This document shows, piece by piece, positions 52,420 to 64,000 of a stretch of DNA of 64,000 bases (the first letter of the stretch is position 1; the number at the start of each line of letters is the position of its first letter). The position numbers and the translations under genes are program-made. The DNA is from Octopus sinensis (Eukaryota), in the NCBI RefSeq assembly GCF_006345805.1, contig NC_043003.1, positions 86,180,001 through 86,244,000 on the forward strand, written 5' to 3'. The notes beneath the pieces were generated by a model that saw only the letters and a list, made by a program, of their open reading frames with translations, was not told where the DNA came from and searched no databases.

Positions 52420-52562
52420 TGGCACTGTGGTTGAAATTTTCATTTTGCAACCGCGCAATTCCTGGTTTGGTTCATTGTGTTGCACCTTGGGCAAGTGACT
52501 CAGGTCGACCAAAGTTTTATGAGTGAAATTTGATAGACGAAAACTACAGAGAAGCTCATCGT
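52420..52562 (+). mobile_element. SINE family B fragment
   Basis: gcactgtggttg..gcaccttgggcaagtg..gaccaaag..gagtgaaatttgatagacgaaaact. Confidence 0.6.
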
Positions 52563-52569
52563 GCTTATG

Positions 52570-53128
52570 TATTAGTAGCTTTTAAACAACTGACCCCGCA
52601 TGGGAAGATCTGCGAACAAATCTCTGACTTGTTTTGGAGAATCTGTAGTGATTGTCTCCTCCAGAGCCACATCCCAATGATGATCATATTTGTCGCAAAA
52701 AAAATCATGTAAAAAGATCGCTGAAAACAATCGAAGTAATGACAATGAATCCAAAATTTCAGGATTGCACGTCCGGATTTGGCCTGGAATGTTTTTAATT
52801 TATTCACAGAGTTGGTCTGTAGATTATAAAAATTGTTTTCGTATAAAATTTTTGTCGCTAAAAGTTACGTAAAAAAAATGCCGAAAACAACAACAGTAAT
52901 GAAGGCCTGGGAATCCAGAATATCAGGATTACGGGTCCAGATTCGGCCAAGAATGTTCTTAATTTCCACGGAGTCAGCCTGATTCTAAAACGGCATGATA
53001 TATTGGGCTATGGCCACCAGGAGTAAAGTTGAAAAAGTGTAACACACTGACACACCGACACTCACATTACATTACATTACATTATATTATATTATATAAT
53101 ACTATATTATATTATATTATATTATAGT
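52570..53128 (+). mobile_element. Probable second Helentron-like non-autonomous element with an internal ~164-bp tandem duplication
   Basis: 5' tattagtagc..ccccgcatggg hairpin; repeat units at 52747 and 52911; 3' acactgacacaccgacac..(ATTAT)n. Confidence 0.4.
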
Positions 53129-53469
53129 AAGGAGGATAGCTAGCAGAATCAGTAGCACGCCAGGCGAAATGCTTAGCGGTATTTCGACTGCTGTTACGTT
53201 CTGAGTTCAAATTCCGCCGAGGTCAACTTTGCCTTTTATCCTTTCGGGGTCGATTAAATTAGTACCAGTTACGCGCTGGGGTCGACTTAATCCGTTTGTC
53301 TGTCCTTGTTTGTTCCCTCTGTGTTTATTCCCTTGTGGGTAGTGAAGAAATAGGTATTTCGGCTGCCGCTACGTTCTGAGTTCAAATTCCGCCGAGGTCG
53401 ACTTTTCCTTTTATCCTTTCGGGGTCGATCAAATTAATACCAGTTACGCACTGGGGTCGATGTAATCGA
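53129..53469 (+). mobile_element. Dimeric family A SINE
   Basis: Same dimer junction (gaagaaatag|gtatttcggctgccgctacg) as 35787-36187. Confidence 0.85.
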
Positions 53470-53929
53470 GATGGATGGATGGATGGATAGTTAGAGATAG
53501 ACAGATAGACAGATAGCGCTGTGTATCTATGTATAAATAAGTTAATGTTTTCTCCCGTAAATTAGTATTTTAACCAATGCAGATGGATCTCCAGATTAAA
53601 AATTAAGTAGTAATGACTGTACGCTCAACTACTTCCTTCAAGATTTTGCCCTAGTATAGCCACGATCCATTGACTGTAGTCAGTGATAGAATAAAAGGTT
53701 AATATCATAGAATACGTTTTCAATTATATATATGTACGATAAGAAGAAGATCAGGTTCACAATATACTTCTGCATAATATAGTATAGGTAATGGATAATA
53801 ACATGCAAATGTTTTTTCTAGCGAAATCCATTAAGCTGCAGAACGAAACGCATTACGTAAAGAGCAAAATCTTCCCAATTCTGCAAATGATATTGCGCCA
53901 AGACCATTATTTACGATATGTAAGGTAGT

Positions 53930-54652
53930 TAGCTGTCAGAATCATTTGCGTGTCAGACAACATGCTCAGCGTTATTTGTTCTGGCTATTTATATTCTGAG
54001 CTCAAATCCATTTACTCAGCTTCAACTTTTATCCTTTTAAGAGTCGATTAAAATAAATTATCAGTCAAGGACAGGGATCGTTGTAACTGATTTTTCCCTT
54101 CCCAAACGTAGAGAAAGATATCTATGACAAGTAGCGATTTAAATAAACTACAAATTGTGAATACAATGAGAGTCGTCATGGAAACTAGTCTTTCTTATTT
54201 TGAGCAGGACACAGCTTCTCAACAACAAAAATCAAACACTATTTTCAACTAGCAGAAAATCATATAGCTCATGCAAGCAAGTCTTCTAAGTATTAAGAAA
54301 ATGCTTGTTCGTCTAGAAACATGTTATCACTGGATGTAAGTCAAACTTAGCTAGAACCAAATTATCTTTCTAAATATATCTCCCACAATTGTCTTTTTAA
54401 ATATATCTCCAATAATTATCTTTTCAAATATATCTCCAACATATATATTCCAATATATTATTTATCTAAGGCGGCGAAATGCGTAGCCGTATTTCGTCTG
54501 CCGTTACGTTCTGAGTCCAAATTTCGCCGAGGTCGACTTTGCCTTTCATCCTTTCGGGGTCGGTAAAGGAAGCACCAGTCGCGTTGTGGGGTCGATCTAA
54601 TCGACTACCTCCTCCCACAAAATTTCGAGCCCTGTGCCTAGAGTAGAAGAGA
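53930..54652 (+). mobile_element. Two further family A SINEs (53930-54115 degenerate; 54468-54652)
   Basis: Core gttctgagt.caaatt..gccgaggtcgactttgcctttcatcc. Confidence 0.7.
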
Positions 54653-55514
54653 ATATATTATTTGTCTATATACTGTTAAACTTGTCCTTGAAAACTAGAA
54701 TCCTCTGATGTTTACGTTATATCAGATGAAATATCTCTGTGTGAAAAAATAAACATGTATGGCTAACAGCACGTGTACGACACAGGTGCAATTCCAGGTT
54801 ACGACCTACAAAGGAATAGGAAATGTTTTGTTGCCTCGTCCTACACGTACAGTTCCCGAACAAAATATTTTACCGTTTCCTTACCGAATCAGTAAAATTT
54901 GATGCTAGCAGGTAAACTTCCGAAGAATGGGCTTCAGAGTAAATTTACTTCATCAGAGTAAATCTAAATGGAAATAAAGTGTGTGTAGTGTTTGTGTAGT
55001 TCATAATAAAGCCGTTAGTCATTATGCTTGTACCAGTTATAAAAATTTAAAATAATTGTTTCTTAATCGCTTTGATTGTGTGTGTGTGTTTGTTTGTGTT
55101 TGTGTGTGCGTGTTAAGTGCTGGAACTTTCAGTTTTGAACCCTTCAGACCAGTAATAACAATTTAGTTGTTGATTGGTCAAAAGATCTCTATAGATTGCT
55201 ATCTGGTGAAAATAATTGTGGGATTAATTTTAGGAGGCTACAATTTGGGGAAGGAATTATTAGGAAATATTGGATCAGTGCAAGGTTAGGAATTTGGTAA
55301 TAGAGACACAATAGAGATGTCTACAAAAGAAAATATGAGTCCGTTCACTGGGCGTGCAAGAAAATGAAACTTGCTAGTCGAGAGAAGCAGGAACGATTCC
55401 ATAAATTACGTTAATGTCACAGAATGTGAACCGTCTCTCGCGAATGATTGAAAGACTAATTGCCGCGAAGCACGCAAATAGGAACTTACTTTGGATGGTG
55501 TGTATATATATATA

Positions 55515-56200
55515 TATCTTGGGTCATCCCATAAATAATGTGGGTTTTTTATCCTTTATTTTTCAAAATTAAGATAATGTCCTTTTTTTAATCTAAAATA
55601 TATTCACCTTCATTTTCTACAATACTCTTCCATCTACCTAGTAGACTTGCAAAGCCCCTCTTTCAAAATTCACTTGTCCGTGACGAAGAATACTCTTCCA
55701 GTGCTGTTCTGACCTTGTGCACAGAATTCATATGTTTTCCTTCCAAATGAGACTGCGGAATAAATGATAATCAGATGGGACAATGTCCTGCGAATATGGT
55801 GGGTGGGATATCGTTTCTCATTCAAACTGAACAGGCTTTGGGATGTCATCCTCATTGTATGTGGCCAAACATTATCTGATCGAAGAACACATTTCGTCTT
55901 GAAACCAAAGATGGTCATTTTTCTTCTAGCGCTGACTTGAATGATTGGTTAAATGACCAAATCCAAGCTAATCTGCTATTTCCTTAACAGTTACAATGCG
56001 ATTTTGTTTCACCAGGCTTTGCAGGACGTCGTCTTCGAGTTCTACAGATCTTCCAGGACGAGGCTCATCTAGGTTGTGGTTTCCGGCTCGGAATTTCTGG
56101 AACCACCGTTATCAGGAGGTTGCAGATATCCCCTTGACAAAGAATGAAAAAGGACTGCTGTAATTTGAGGAGTAGGGTAGATGGCATTCCGTATAGTGTC
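55515..56200 (-). mobile_element. Internally deleted mariner transposon relic with one TIR
   Basis: TIR-like ta-tcttgggtcatcccataaataatgtgggttttt; minus-strand DEPRPGRSVEL, DNVWPH, HPPYSQDIVPSDYHLFRSL, RWKSIVENEGEYILD*. Confidence 0.8.
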
Positions 56201-57539
56201 AGAGAGAATTAAGCTTCTCATAGGGATCTTGCAGTTAACATCTTTCAGGTGGTGATGGATAGCTTCATTCAGATTTTGTAAGTAGTATTTCTCGCTGTTC
56301 ATATTTACAATGATGTGATGCATCTAATTAGTACATACGTTGCATGCAGGTGATGGTTGTTTGAAGGATGCAGTGTAATCTTTCTAATTAATTAGTGGTG
56401 AAACACAAGTGTTGCTAATGGTAGATCTCAGTCTAATTTAAAGTTCGTTTAGGTAGGGGGTTGTTTGGTTGAATTACGCAATGGGTTCCATTTATTAAGC
56501 AGCAATCAGAGAATACATTCTGAGACAAAGATGTTTTAACAAGGGTTGGGTTGCGATGCTTGATAAAAAAAGTGAGGAATGTTTGAGGAATCTGTGTACG
56601 GATGGTGATACAGACAAATGAGGATCCTAATCTTAGAGCTAAGATAAATATCGTTCTTACCGAAAGAAAGATAGTCACAATTACTGTTTGACTGTTGGTG
56701 GCTGAAAGGTTTTACAAATGAGAAGAGACAGCAGATGATCTTAGGGGAATATGAAGGAAAGACTTTGAACTGGTATACCTAGAACTCTTCGCTGTTGATT
56801 GCGAGATCAGAGAGAGGAGATAGAAAATATGCATTCTACTTACGTACAGACATCTTTAAAAAGTAATTGAAATATAGATTATAGTCTGCTCCGCTGAGAT
56901 AGACTACAGATAAGTGATATTTGATTATTGCCTCAGATGTGGGAGTATGGTTTCTGTGTTAACAAAAATATTATTTATAACTTGAGATATGAGCAGACTT
57001 CACACTGCTACTTCTGTCTGTGAAATCTGACTGTTTGGCATTAGACACACCTAGCGCCGATAATTTAACAATATCGATCCAGTTGATTGTACACCACCTA
57101 ACTCAGAAATCACCAACTGTAAACAACGTCTAATGACATATTTCTTTTGAAGACGTTCAGAAATGTTGTCAGAGATATTGTTAAAAAATATATCTATATA
57201 TTTATTAGATTTGACTGTCTTTTACATACCTGTGAAAATTCAGTAGAAGTGGTGTTTATTTCTCCATTTACACACACACAATTTCATATTGACTTACGAT
57301 AGCATGTATGTCAACATATGTGTACGTGCATATGCATACGATAGCGTGTATATTTTTTCATGTGCTAAATGTTCGTAATCTACAAGACAACACTAAATAG
57401 ATACAATATTGTTTAATAGAAAAAGAAGAAAAACCATAAAAGAGACCCCACTCCATTATACGAGGACAGACAGAAAAGCTCATAGGCTGACAATGAAGGA
57501 ATGATGCTAGAACTGTGAAATCTTGCATGCATTAATTTC

Positions 57540-57900
57540 GACTATTCTTATTAACTGAATTCTTTCTTTCCAGGTAAACTGACATCTAGCTGGTCAAAGA
57601 AGTCTTCAAATTAACTAGTAGCGACTTTTCCTGAAAATCGATAAAATTTGACAAATTTCAAGTTCCCTCAGAAAAAATAGTTTAGTCTCCAAGGACACTC
57701 AGGCTGACATACTTGCTACATCAGGAGATGACGCTCCAACTTTATCTGCAGTGCAAAGTGGGCTACTGAATTTGGAGAAGTTTTGAATATGACCCATGTC
57801 TTGTTTCTGCACCAGCACACAAGTCCTTGCTTTCAATGGCTGCATGACCGTGGCTTTGAACTGGTGATCCCCCTTCCTATTCTCCTGATCTGAACCCATC
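57540..57900 (+). mobile_element. Second mariner relic (deleted, different family)
   Basis: Broken-frame ATSGDDAPTLSAVQ.W and HDRGFELV..PSYSPDLNP. Confidence 0.6.
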
Positions 57901-58149
57901 TTTAATTTTATTTGGTAATACTTTATATTGTAATTTTTATATTTTTATATTTTTTATTTATTATTTTAATTTTATTGTTAATTATGTTTATCATTATTTA
58001 TATTTTATACATTTATATTTTTTGTTTTTGTACAATATTCTTAGCATATGCATGCACTACATGTATACGATAAATATTTCACTTCTTCCCATGTACATTA
58101 ACTTAATCTCTTTCATAAGCAGGTAAACTTTATTACTAAAAATATATAC

Positions 58150-58625
58150 AACGGGCTTCTTTCTGTCCCCGTCTATCAAACCCTTTGACACGGTTTAGTG
58201 TCCAGCGGAGCTTGGCCCGGAATCATGTGGCTGGGAATTAGAATTCTTACTGCACTTACTGAGATGTATAGCCGAACAAATCAATTGCAGTACGTATTTT
58301 CTGGGGTTTTTAAACCAGCTATTTATTCTATCGATATCTTATACTGAACCGCTAAGTTACGGGGACATAAACTCATCAACATTGGTTGTCAAGTTGCAGT
58401 GGGGGACACATATAGACACACACACATACGCATACATAAACACACACACATACACACACACACACGTATGATGGTGCTCTTACAGTCTCCGTCTACCAAG
58501 TCCACTCACAAGGTTCTGATCGGCCTGAGGCTATAGCAGAAAAAAATTGCTCAAGGTACCTTGCACTGGGACTGGACTTAGAACAATGTGGTTGAGAAGT
58601 TAACTTGTTACCACATAGCCATGCT
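58150..58625 (-). mobile_element. SINE family B copies
   Basis: Revcomp of gtggtaacaagttaacttctcaaccacattg..gtaccttgagc..gagtggacttggtagacggagactg..gtccccgtaacttagcggttcag. Confidence 0.7.
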
Positions 58626-59949
58626 TACAAACACACACACACACACACAGGTGTGCATGTGTGTTTGTGCGTGTGTTTGTGGCACGCAGGGGTATGTTTA
58701 TGCATGTGTGGATCACTCCATATTACTTCGATTTCTAAGTTGGGTGGTACGTTGTGTCCTTGAGCAAAGTACTTCATTTCTCGTTGCTCCAGCTGAAGTG
58801 AGTACCAGCTGACTGTCGAGGCAGCCCTCTCTGCCTCCGGCTGTTACATCTTCCATGTTTAAGGGTAGAGTATCCTACGTTTGCTCGCGACTACATAAGC
58901 ACTTAAAAAAACCTAGCAATGCATTGTGCAAACTAGTAGTCACAGTCGGCTGCGTGTGACAGTAAAGTATATTCACATACATACACGTAGATTTATATAT
59001 GAGTGTATGTGTGTGTGTTTGTGTGCATTCCGTTTTACATTACAATTAGTTTCGTCATTATATGGTTCTTCATTTAATGTGAGATATAAGATCGATTTAT
59101 CCAAGTTCATATGTTTATTGTTATGGAAAGAATGGAGGCAAACTGTATAGTGTTATGTTAAAATGTGTAGCATATCTTTTCATTGGTTGAGTTCAGTGAA
59201 ATTAAACATGTGCATCTTTTCTTATATGTTCATTTATGAGTTTATTCAGACGTACGTGTGTATGTGCCTATTTATTCTTTCGGATGTATGCAACTTGCGC
59301 GGCACTGGGACTGCTGTGGGATTTGTTGATTTGTTAGATATGTAGATTTGTTAGAAAGCAAGAAGAATAATAAAGATATATTTCTTTTGGAGCTTTCTGA
59401 AAACGATTTGTTTTAGGTTGCAGTATTTGTTTTATTCTAATGTTATTACTATTTCACTTGGAGAAAAAGAGAAGAAAAGAAAAGGAAAGGGAAGGAAACG
59501 TTGTATTCTCTTGATATTTCATGATAATGCTGTTAGAATACCATTATAGTATTTGGGATGTCTGTGTATATGAAGCCATGGGGAGGTTAATTTTCTGCTT
59601 ATTCAAGACTTTAATTTCCTGATTCAGAATTCGTAGCCTTTCCAAGATATAAAGTTGAGAGAAAGTATTCGGCTGTGTATAAACCGTCGCTCTGCATTCA
59701 ATGTTATGTGATCTATTGTTATTTTTCAGAAATAAAATATGTGCTAAAATTTTGCTAAAATTACCTTAATTCGTTAGTGCATATTCTTGTAGATCTAATG
59801 CTGTTTGGACAGTGAATAATCATGTATAACTAACACTGTTTCCATACAGGCTGTTGACGTAACACATATTTTAAGAGCGTCACTTGCATTTTTGTTTTTA
59901 TACTGTTAGCGGAATTTAGGTGCTCTGCATGATTTATCTTTTACTTGTT

Positions 59950-60345
59950 TCGGTCATTTGACTGCGGCTGTGCTGGAGCACCACCTTGGAGAATTATTTA
60001 GTCGAATGAATAGACCCCAATACTTATTTTTTAAAGCCTCTTACTTTTTCTATCTGTTTCTTTGCCGAACCGCTAAGTTATGGGGGCGAATACACACCAG
60101 CACCGGTTGCCAGCTATGGTGGGGGACAAACGCAGACACATAGACAGACAAACAGACCGACACACACACACACATATGCATGTATCTATGCATGTATGTA
60201 TGTTTAAAGGCTTTTTTCAGTTTCTGTTTACCAAATCCACTCGGCCCGAGGAGATAGTAGGAAATACTGTTTCAAGGAGCCACGATATGAGACTGAACCC
60301 TGAACCATATGGCTGGGAAACAAGCTTCTTACTACGCAGCTGCGC
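59950..60345 (-). mobile_element. SINE family B copy
   Basis: Same family signatures (cccagccatatggttcagggttcagtc; cccataacttagcggttcggcaaag). Confidence 0.7.
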
Positions 60346-61994
60346 CTGCGCCTATTCTTCATTTTTTGATTATTGATAGACACTTTATAAATTGATTGAT
60401 ATTTAAAGTATTGGCGAAGTTTGTTAGTATTTAGTACCTAATTCTAAGTATGTTTAGACTAAAAAAAATCCTTCACTACGAGAAGGAGGCGAGTTTTGTC
60501 TAGGGAAATGCTTACACTTTTGAAAATACTGGAATATATCATACGTTGTCTTATCTTGAGTGTTCTGTCTGCTTGAGTTTATGTATGGATTTCAATGGTT
60601 TCTTTGAATGCTTTCTTGTTGCCACTGCATCATATTGTTGAGTGATACTTAATCATATGATAGTGTCAAGATTCGTTTGATCAAATATTTCAACAGATCT
60701 CAAGAACACAAAATTTATGGTTTGATACGCTGGCTGTATATATGATTACAACATTTAGAATAATGTAATTATATGCACTGCAGTTTATGGTGAGTTACAG
60801 TTTCTGTAAATACATTTGCCCACATTTTTATAATCACAAAGTGATAGAAATATGACTGACAACTCTCCTTATTCTCTATTTTATTGCGTAGACGTTCCTC
60901 TTTGCCATTAACAGGTATTTTTATTTTGGTATTAAACTGAAATATTCAGAATTCTATACAACATTACTCTGAACTGGAACCAACCGTCATTTTGATCTTA
61001 TTTGGAGGCAAAATATTATTTAGACGCTAAGCTTTCAGTTCAATGCATTCCACATTTCTTTATCATATTTTATATTGTTTTCATGTAAACCATAATTGTA
61101 AACTAATGCTTTTCAATAATAAAATTGAAAGACATATTGAAAACAAAGCCTCGTTGTATTGCAGTATATTATAAAAGGAATAATGTAAAATCAAAACAAT
61201 AACGAAACTAAATGTTATAGTGTATAACTATTTATTTTATTCCTATTTAACGTATTTAATTGAAAATAGCTTCTTGTAGATGTTAAATTAATATAATTTT
61301 TAAAAGAATGTCTTCCACTAATCACTTATAATAATAGTAGTTTATGAAAATTTTAAATTTATCTAATTTAGCTTTATTTCTTCCCCACTAATCTTACAAT
61401 GCTACTTTGAATATCTTTATAAGTATTCAATATGAGTCAGGTATCCATATTTAGAAAGGAATATAAAAACGTGTGTCGCTTGTGTTTTAATAAATGCTAC
61501 TAGTTACTGAAGTGATAAGCTACGATCAAAATCGATCTAATTCTAATGGTGTCATTTTCTTTTCAGCAATCCGGAAACAATAGAATATTCTTAAGTCGAT
61601 TCCGTTGACAATAATTCTGTTCGAAATCATGTATTTTATTGCAAGAAATTTATTATTTCTGGATATTAAATGCACAGAACGAATTAAAAGTTTGTGAATT
61701 ATAAGGACGTTTTGAATTAATACAGACTTTTTGCATTCCAGCTATTGACTATTTCCTCTTTTGTGGGAATCTGTTTGTCTAAATTGCCCAATATATTTTT
61801 TGAAAGGAGATGTGATGAAAAATTAGCTTCTATCATACTGAGTGACTACAAGGCAACTCTGTTGATGTGTTAAAATAAATATTGTTGATGTGAATTAAAT
61901 GTTATTGCTTTCGCCTTGAGCAATGCCTTAATCCGTTGGTGTTTAATCTGTCACATACTTTGCTGTTGAAATTCCTTTTAAATCGCATTGTAAT

Positions 61995-62158
61995 CAAGAG
62001 GCGAGCTGCCAGAATCTTTAGCACGACGGACGAAGTACTTAGCGATGTTTAGGTCCGTCCTTAGCTTCTGAGTTCGAATTCAGCGGAAGTCGACTTCCTT
62101 TCGGGGTCGTTAAAATAAGTACAAGTTGAGCACTGGCGTTGATGTTAGCGACTTAACT
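61995..62158 (+). mobile_element. Degenerate family A SINE
   Basis: ggcgagctgccagaatctttagcacg..ctgagttcgaattcagcggaagtcgac. Confidence 0.65.
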
Positions 62159-63731
62159 ACTCCTGGATAAGAGTATAAAAGCTGCACCCCTTTACCAAAC
62201 CATGTCGTCGAGCCAGTGCGACAAAGTAATCTCATCAAGCCAGCATGATTACTTGGTGGAGAGAACATGATGAGGCCTTCGTCCTGCTGAGCGGGGGTGG
62301 GGGCTGAACATAGGTAAACCAATCCATGGCCAAGCGCTGGTATTACATATTTGAACTTTGTACACAGCATTAACTCACGATTCTGCATATCCAAAACATT
62401 TACTGGTCCTTTTGATATATGATTAGTTAAAATAGAATTCTCATTAAACATTTTCATTATGTCGTTATTGACTGTCATAAATCCGCAACAGTTTGCTTTA
62501 GAATAATATAATTGGTGAAAATGTGTGTATGAACCAAACGAAACTATTAGTTTTTTAGTAGTTTGAGGTCAATGGGTGAAAAAATATAGCGATTTCACAT
62601 TGAAATATTATCTAATTCAATTAGGACGTTAAACGTCAACAACGATGCATATTGATCCTCATTTCTGTGGTTTGGAACAAAAGCAACTGTAAAGAATCTT
62701 ATGTATCTAAATACAGTGTTAGAAAAATCGAAGAATAAAATGTGTGAAGCGAGAAAGAGAGAGGGGTGAGAAAATAAATAAAGAAGAGACAGAAGAAAAA
62801 ATATAGAGAGAGGAAAGAGAGAGAGAGGGAGAAGAGAGAAAGGAGAAAAGGAAAAAGAAGAGGGATACAAAGAAAAAGAGATGAGAGAGTTTTACCCATC
62901 GTGAACGCAAATGATACGAAATTGTATCGATTGGCTCTCATTTAACATCACCTAAATTACTTTCAACAAGAAATCAAAATTGAACTACATTTACGCTCTA
63001 TCACCTCTTGTTACGCATGCATATAATTTAATCAATTTTTCAAAATTGAAAAGAAAATTGCTTGGCAAGAGGAGTTACGTTATTGCTCGTTCCGTTAGAA
63101 TTAGCAGTTGAAACTTCTTGAAATCAAACCCTTGTGATATAAACAAGGAAAGGAAAGAGATTCTGATAATCAAAATGAAAAAGACAAGATAGAATGCCAT
63201 TGATCATAACAAGGACAGTACATGCAAATATACACATTCTATGTTTGCAATAATACATGCACGCACATTTACATATTTAGATTTATATATATATAAACCA
63301 GACTCATAGATATGCCGATATCCGATGGATGTACTTGGTACAGACATAATTGTATCTATTATTATTATTATTATTAATATTATTAGTAATTTTTATTGAC
63401 TTTTATAGGTTATAATTTTATGAACTGAAATGTGGTTTTTTATTATTTTTCATGTATAGGTCTGATTTTAATTTAAATGTGAGTGTGCATATATTTTCCT
63501 GTGTGTTAGTTTTTAGAAATATTAGCTCAATATGTAGAATAACTGTGCTTATTAATATATATTGATATATATTTTGTTTTATTTTGTTTTGTTTATCTTG
63601 TATTATTGTATTAATGAATATATATATATGTGTAGTATTATGGTGTATATGCACACGTTTTTATATTTTACATTTTTATATTTATATGTATATGGAAAAA
63701 ATAATTTTTTCACAATTATAATTTATTAAAT

Positions 63732-63842
63732 TCTCTGAAGAGGCCGTGGGGCATCCTTGTTAATGTCTCATTTATACCTGCCTTATATGGCTTATAGGTT
63801 AAATGAGGCATGCTTGCCCTTATTGCCGAAACAGCTGTCAGA
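63732..63842 (+). ncRNA. Type I hammerhead ribozyme with a long hairpin stem II and palindromic stem III
   Basis: tct-CTGAAGA-ggc..(~86 nt structured)..gcc-GAAA-cagctg-TC-aga; predicted GUC cleavage after 63839. Confidence 0.7.
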
Positions 63843-64000
63843 TATGATATAATTACATATTATATTTTATATTTTATATTTCTATTTCCTTGTCTAATTA
63901 TATTTACAATATATTTTGTATAATGCTTTTACTGTTATGTAATGGTGTAATAAAGTATTGTTTGGGTATCATCTGATGGTTGATGTTTGATTGATTTAAG

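Noticed and set aside
57560-57620. Strong splice acceptor ttctttctttccAG as a host exon
   Set aside because: All frames stop within 14 codons and it lies in the 5' region of the mariner relic
62110-62478. 122-aa minus-strand ORF
   Set aside because: Overlaps a SINE and an unidentified repeat-like segment; no motif or splice support

Overview
AT-rich eukaryotic genomic DNA, almost certainly an intron or intergenic stretch of a cephalopod (octopus-like) genome; the species call is inferred from the SINE families and the (TA)n/(AAT)n/(CA)n load. I recognise no host gene; two isolated exon candidates are weak. Most of the window is transposable elements and microsatellites. (1) At least eight R4/Dong-like RLE non-LTR retrotransposon copies or relics, most sitting in (AAT)n. 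(2) One full-length two-ORF L1/Tx1-like element (43901-49732) inside an (AAT)n tract. (3) CR1, RTE, hAT, Chapaev3, mariner and Helentron-like relics, and many tRNA-derived SINEs, including a head-to-tail array and a dimeric form. The ORF track misses the most interesting signals. There are several hammerhead ribozyme motifs: two identical minimal type I hammerheads in a perfect 222-bp direct repeat defining a 476-nt non-coding monomer in (TA)n, which looks retrozyme-like or Penelope-derived; one hammerhead with a long hairpin stem II; and two variant or degenerate ones. There is also a 375-bp MITE with a 9-bp TSD whose long TIRs fold back onto a central (TTAGGG)n telomeric array. Coordinates were read by hand: those of degenerate relics are approximate, and identities and GC values are visual estimates.
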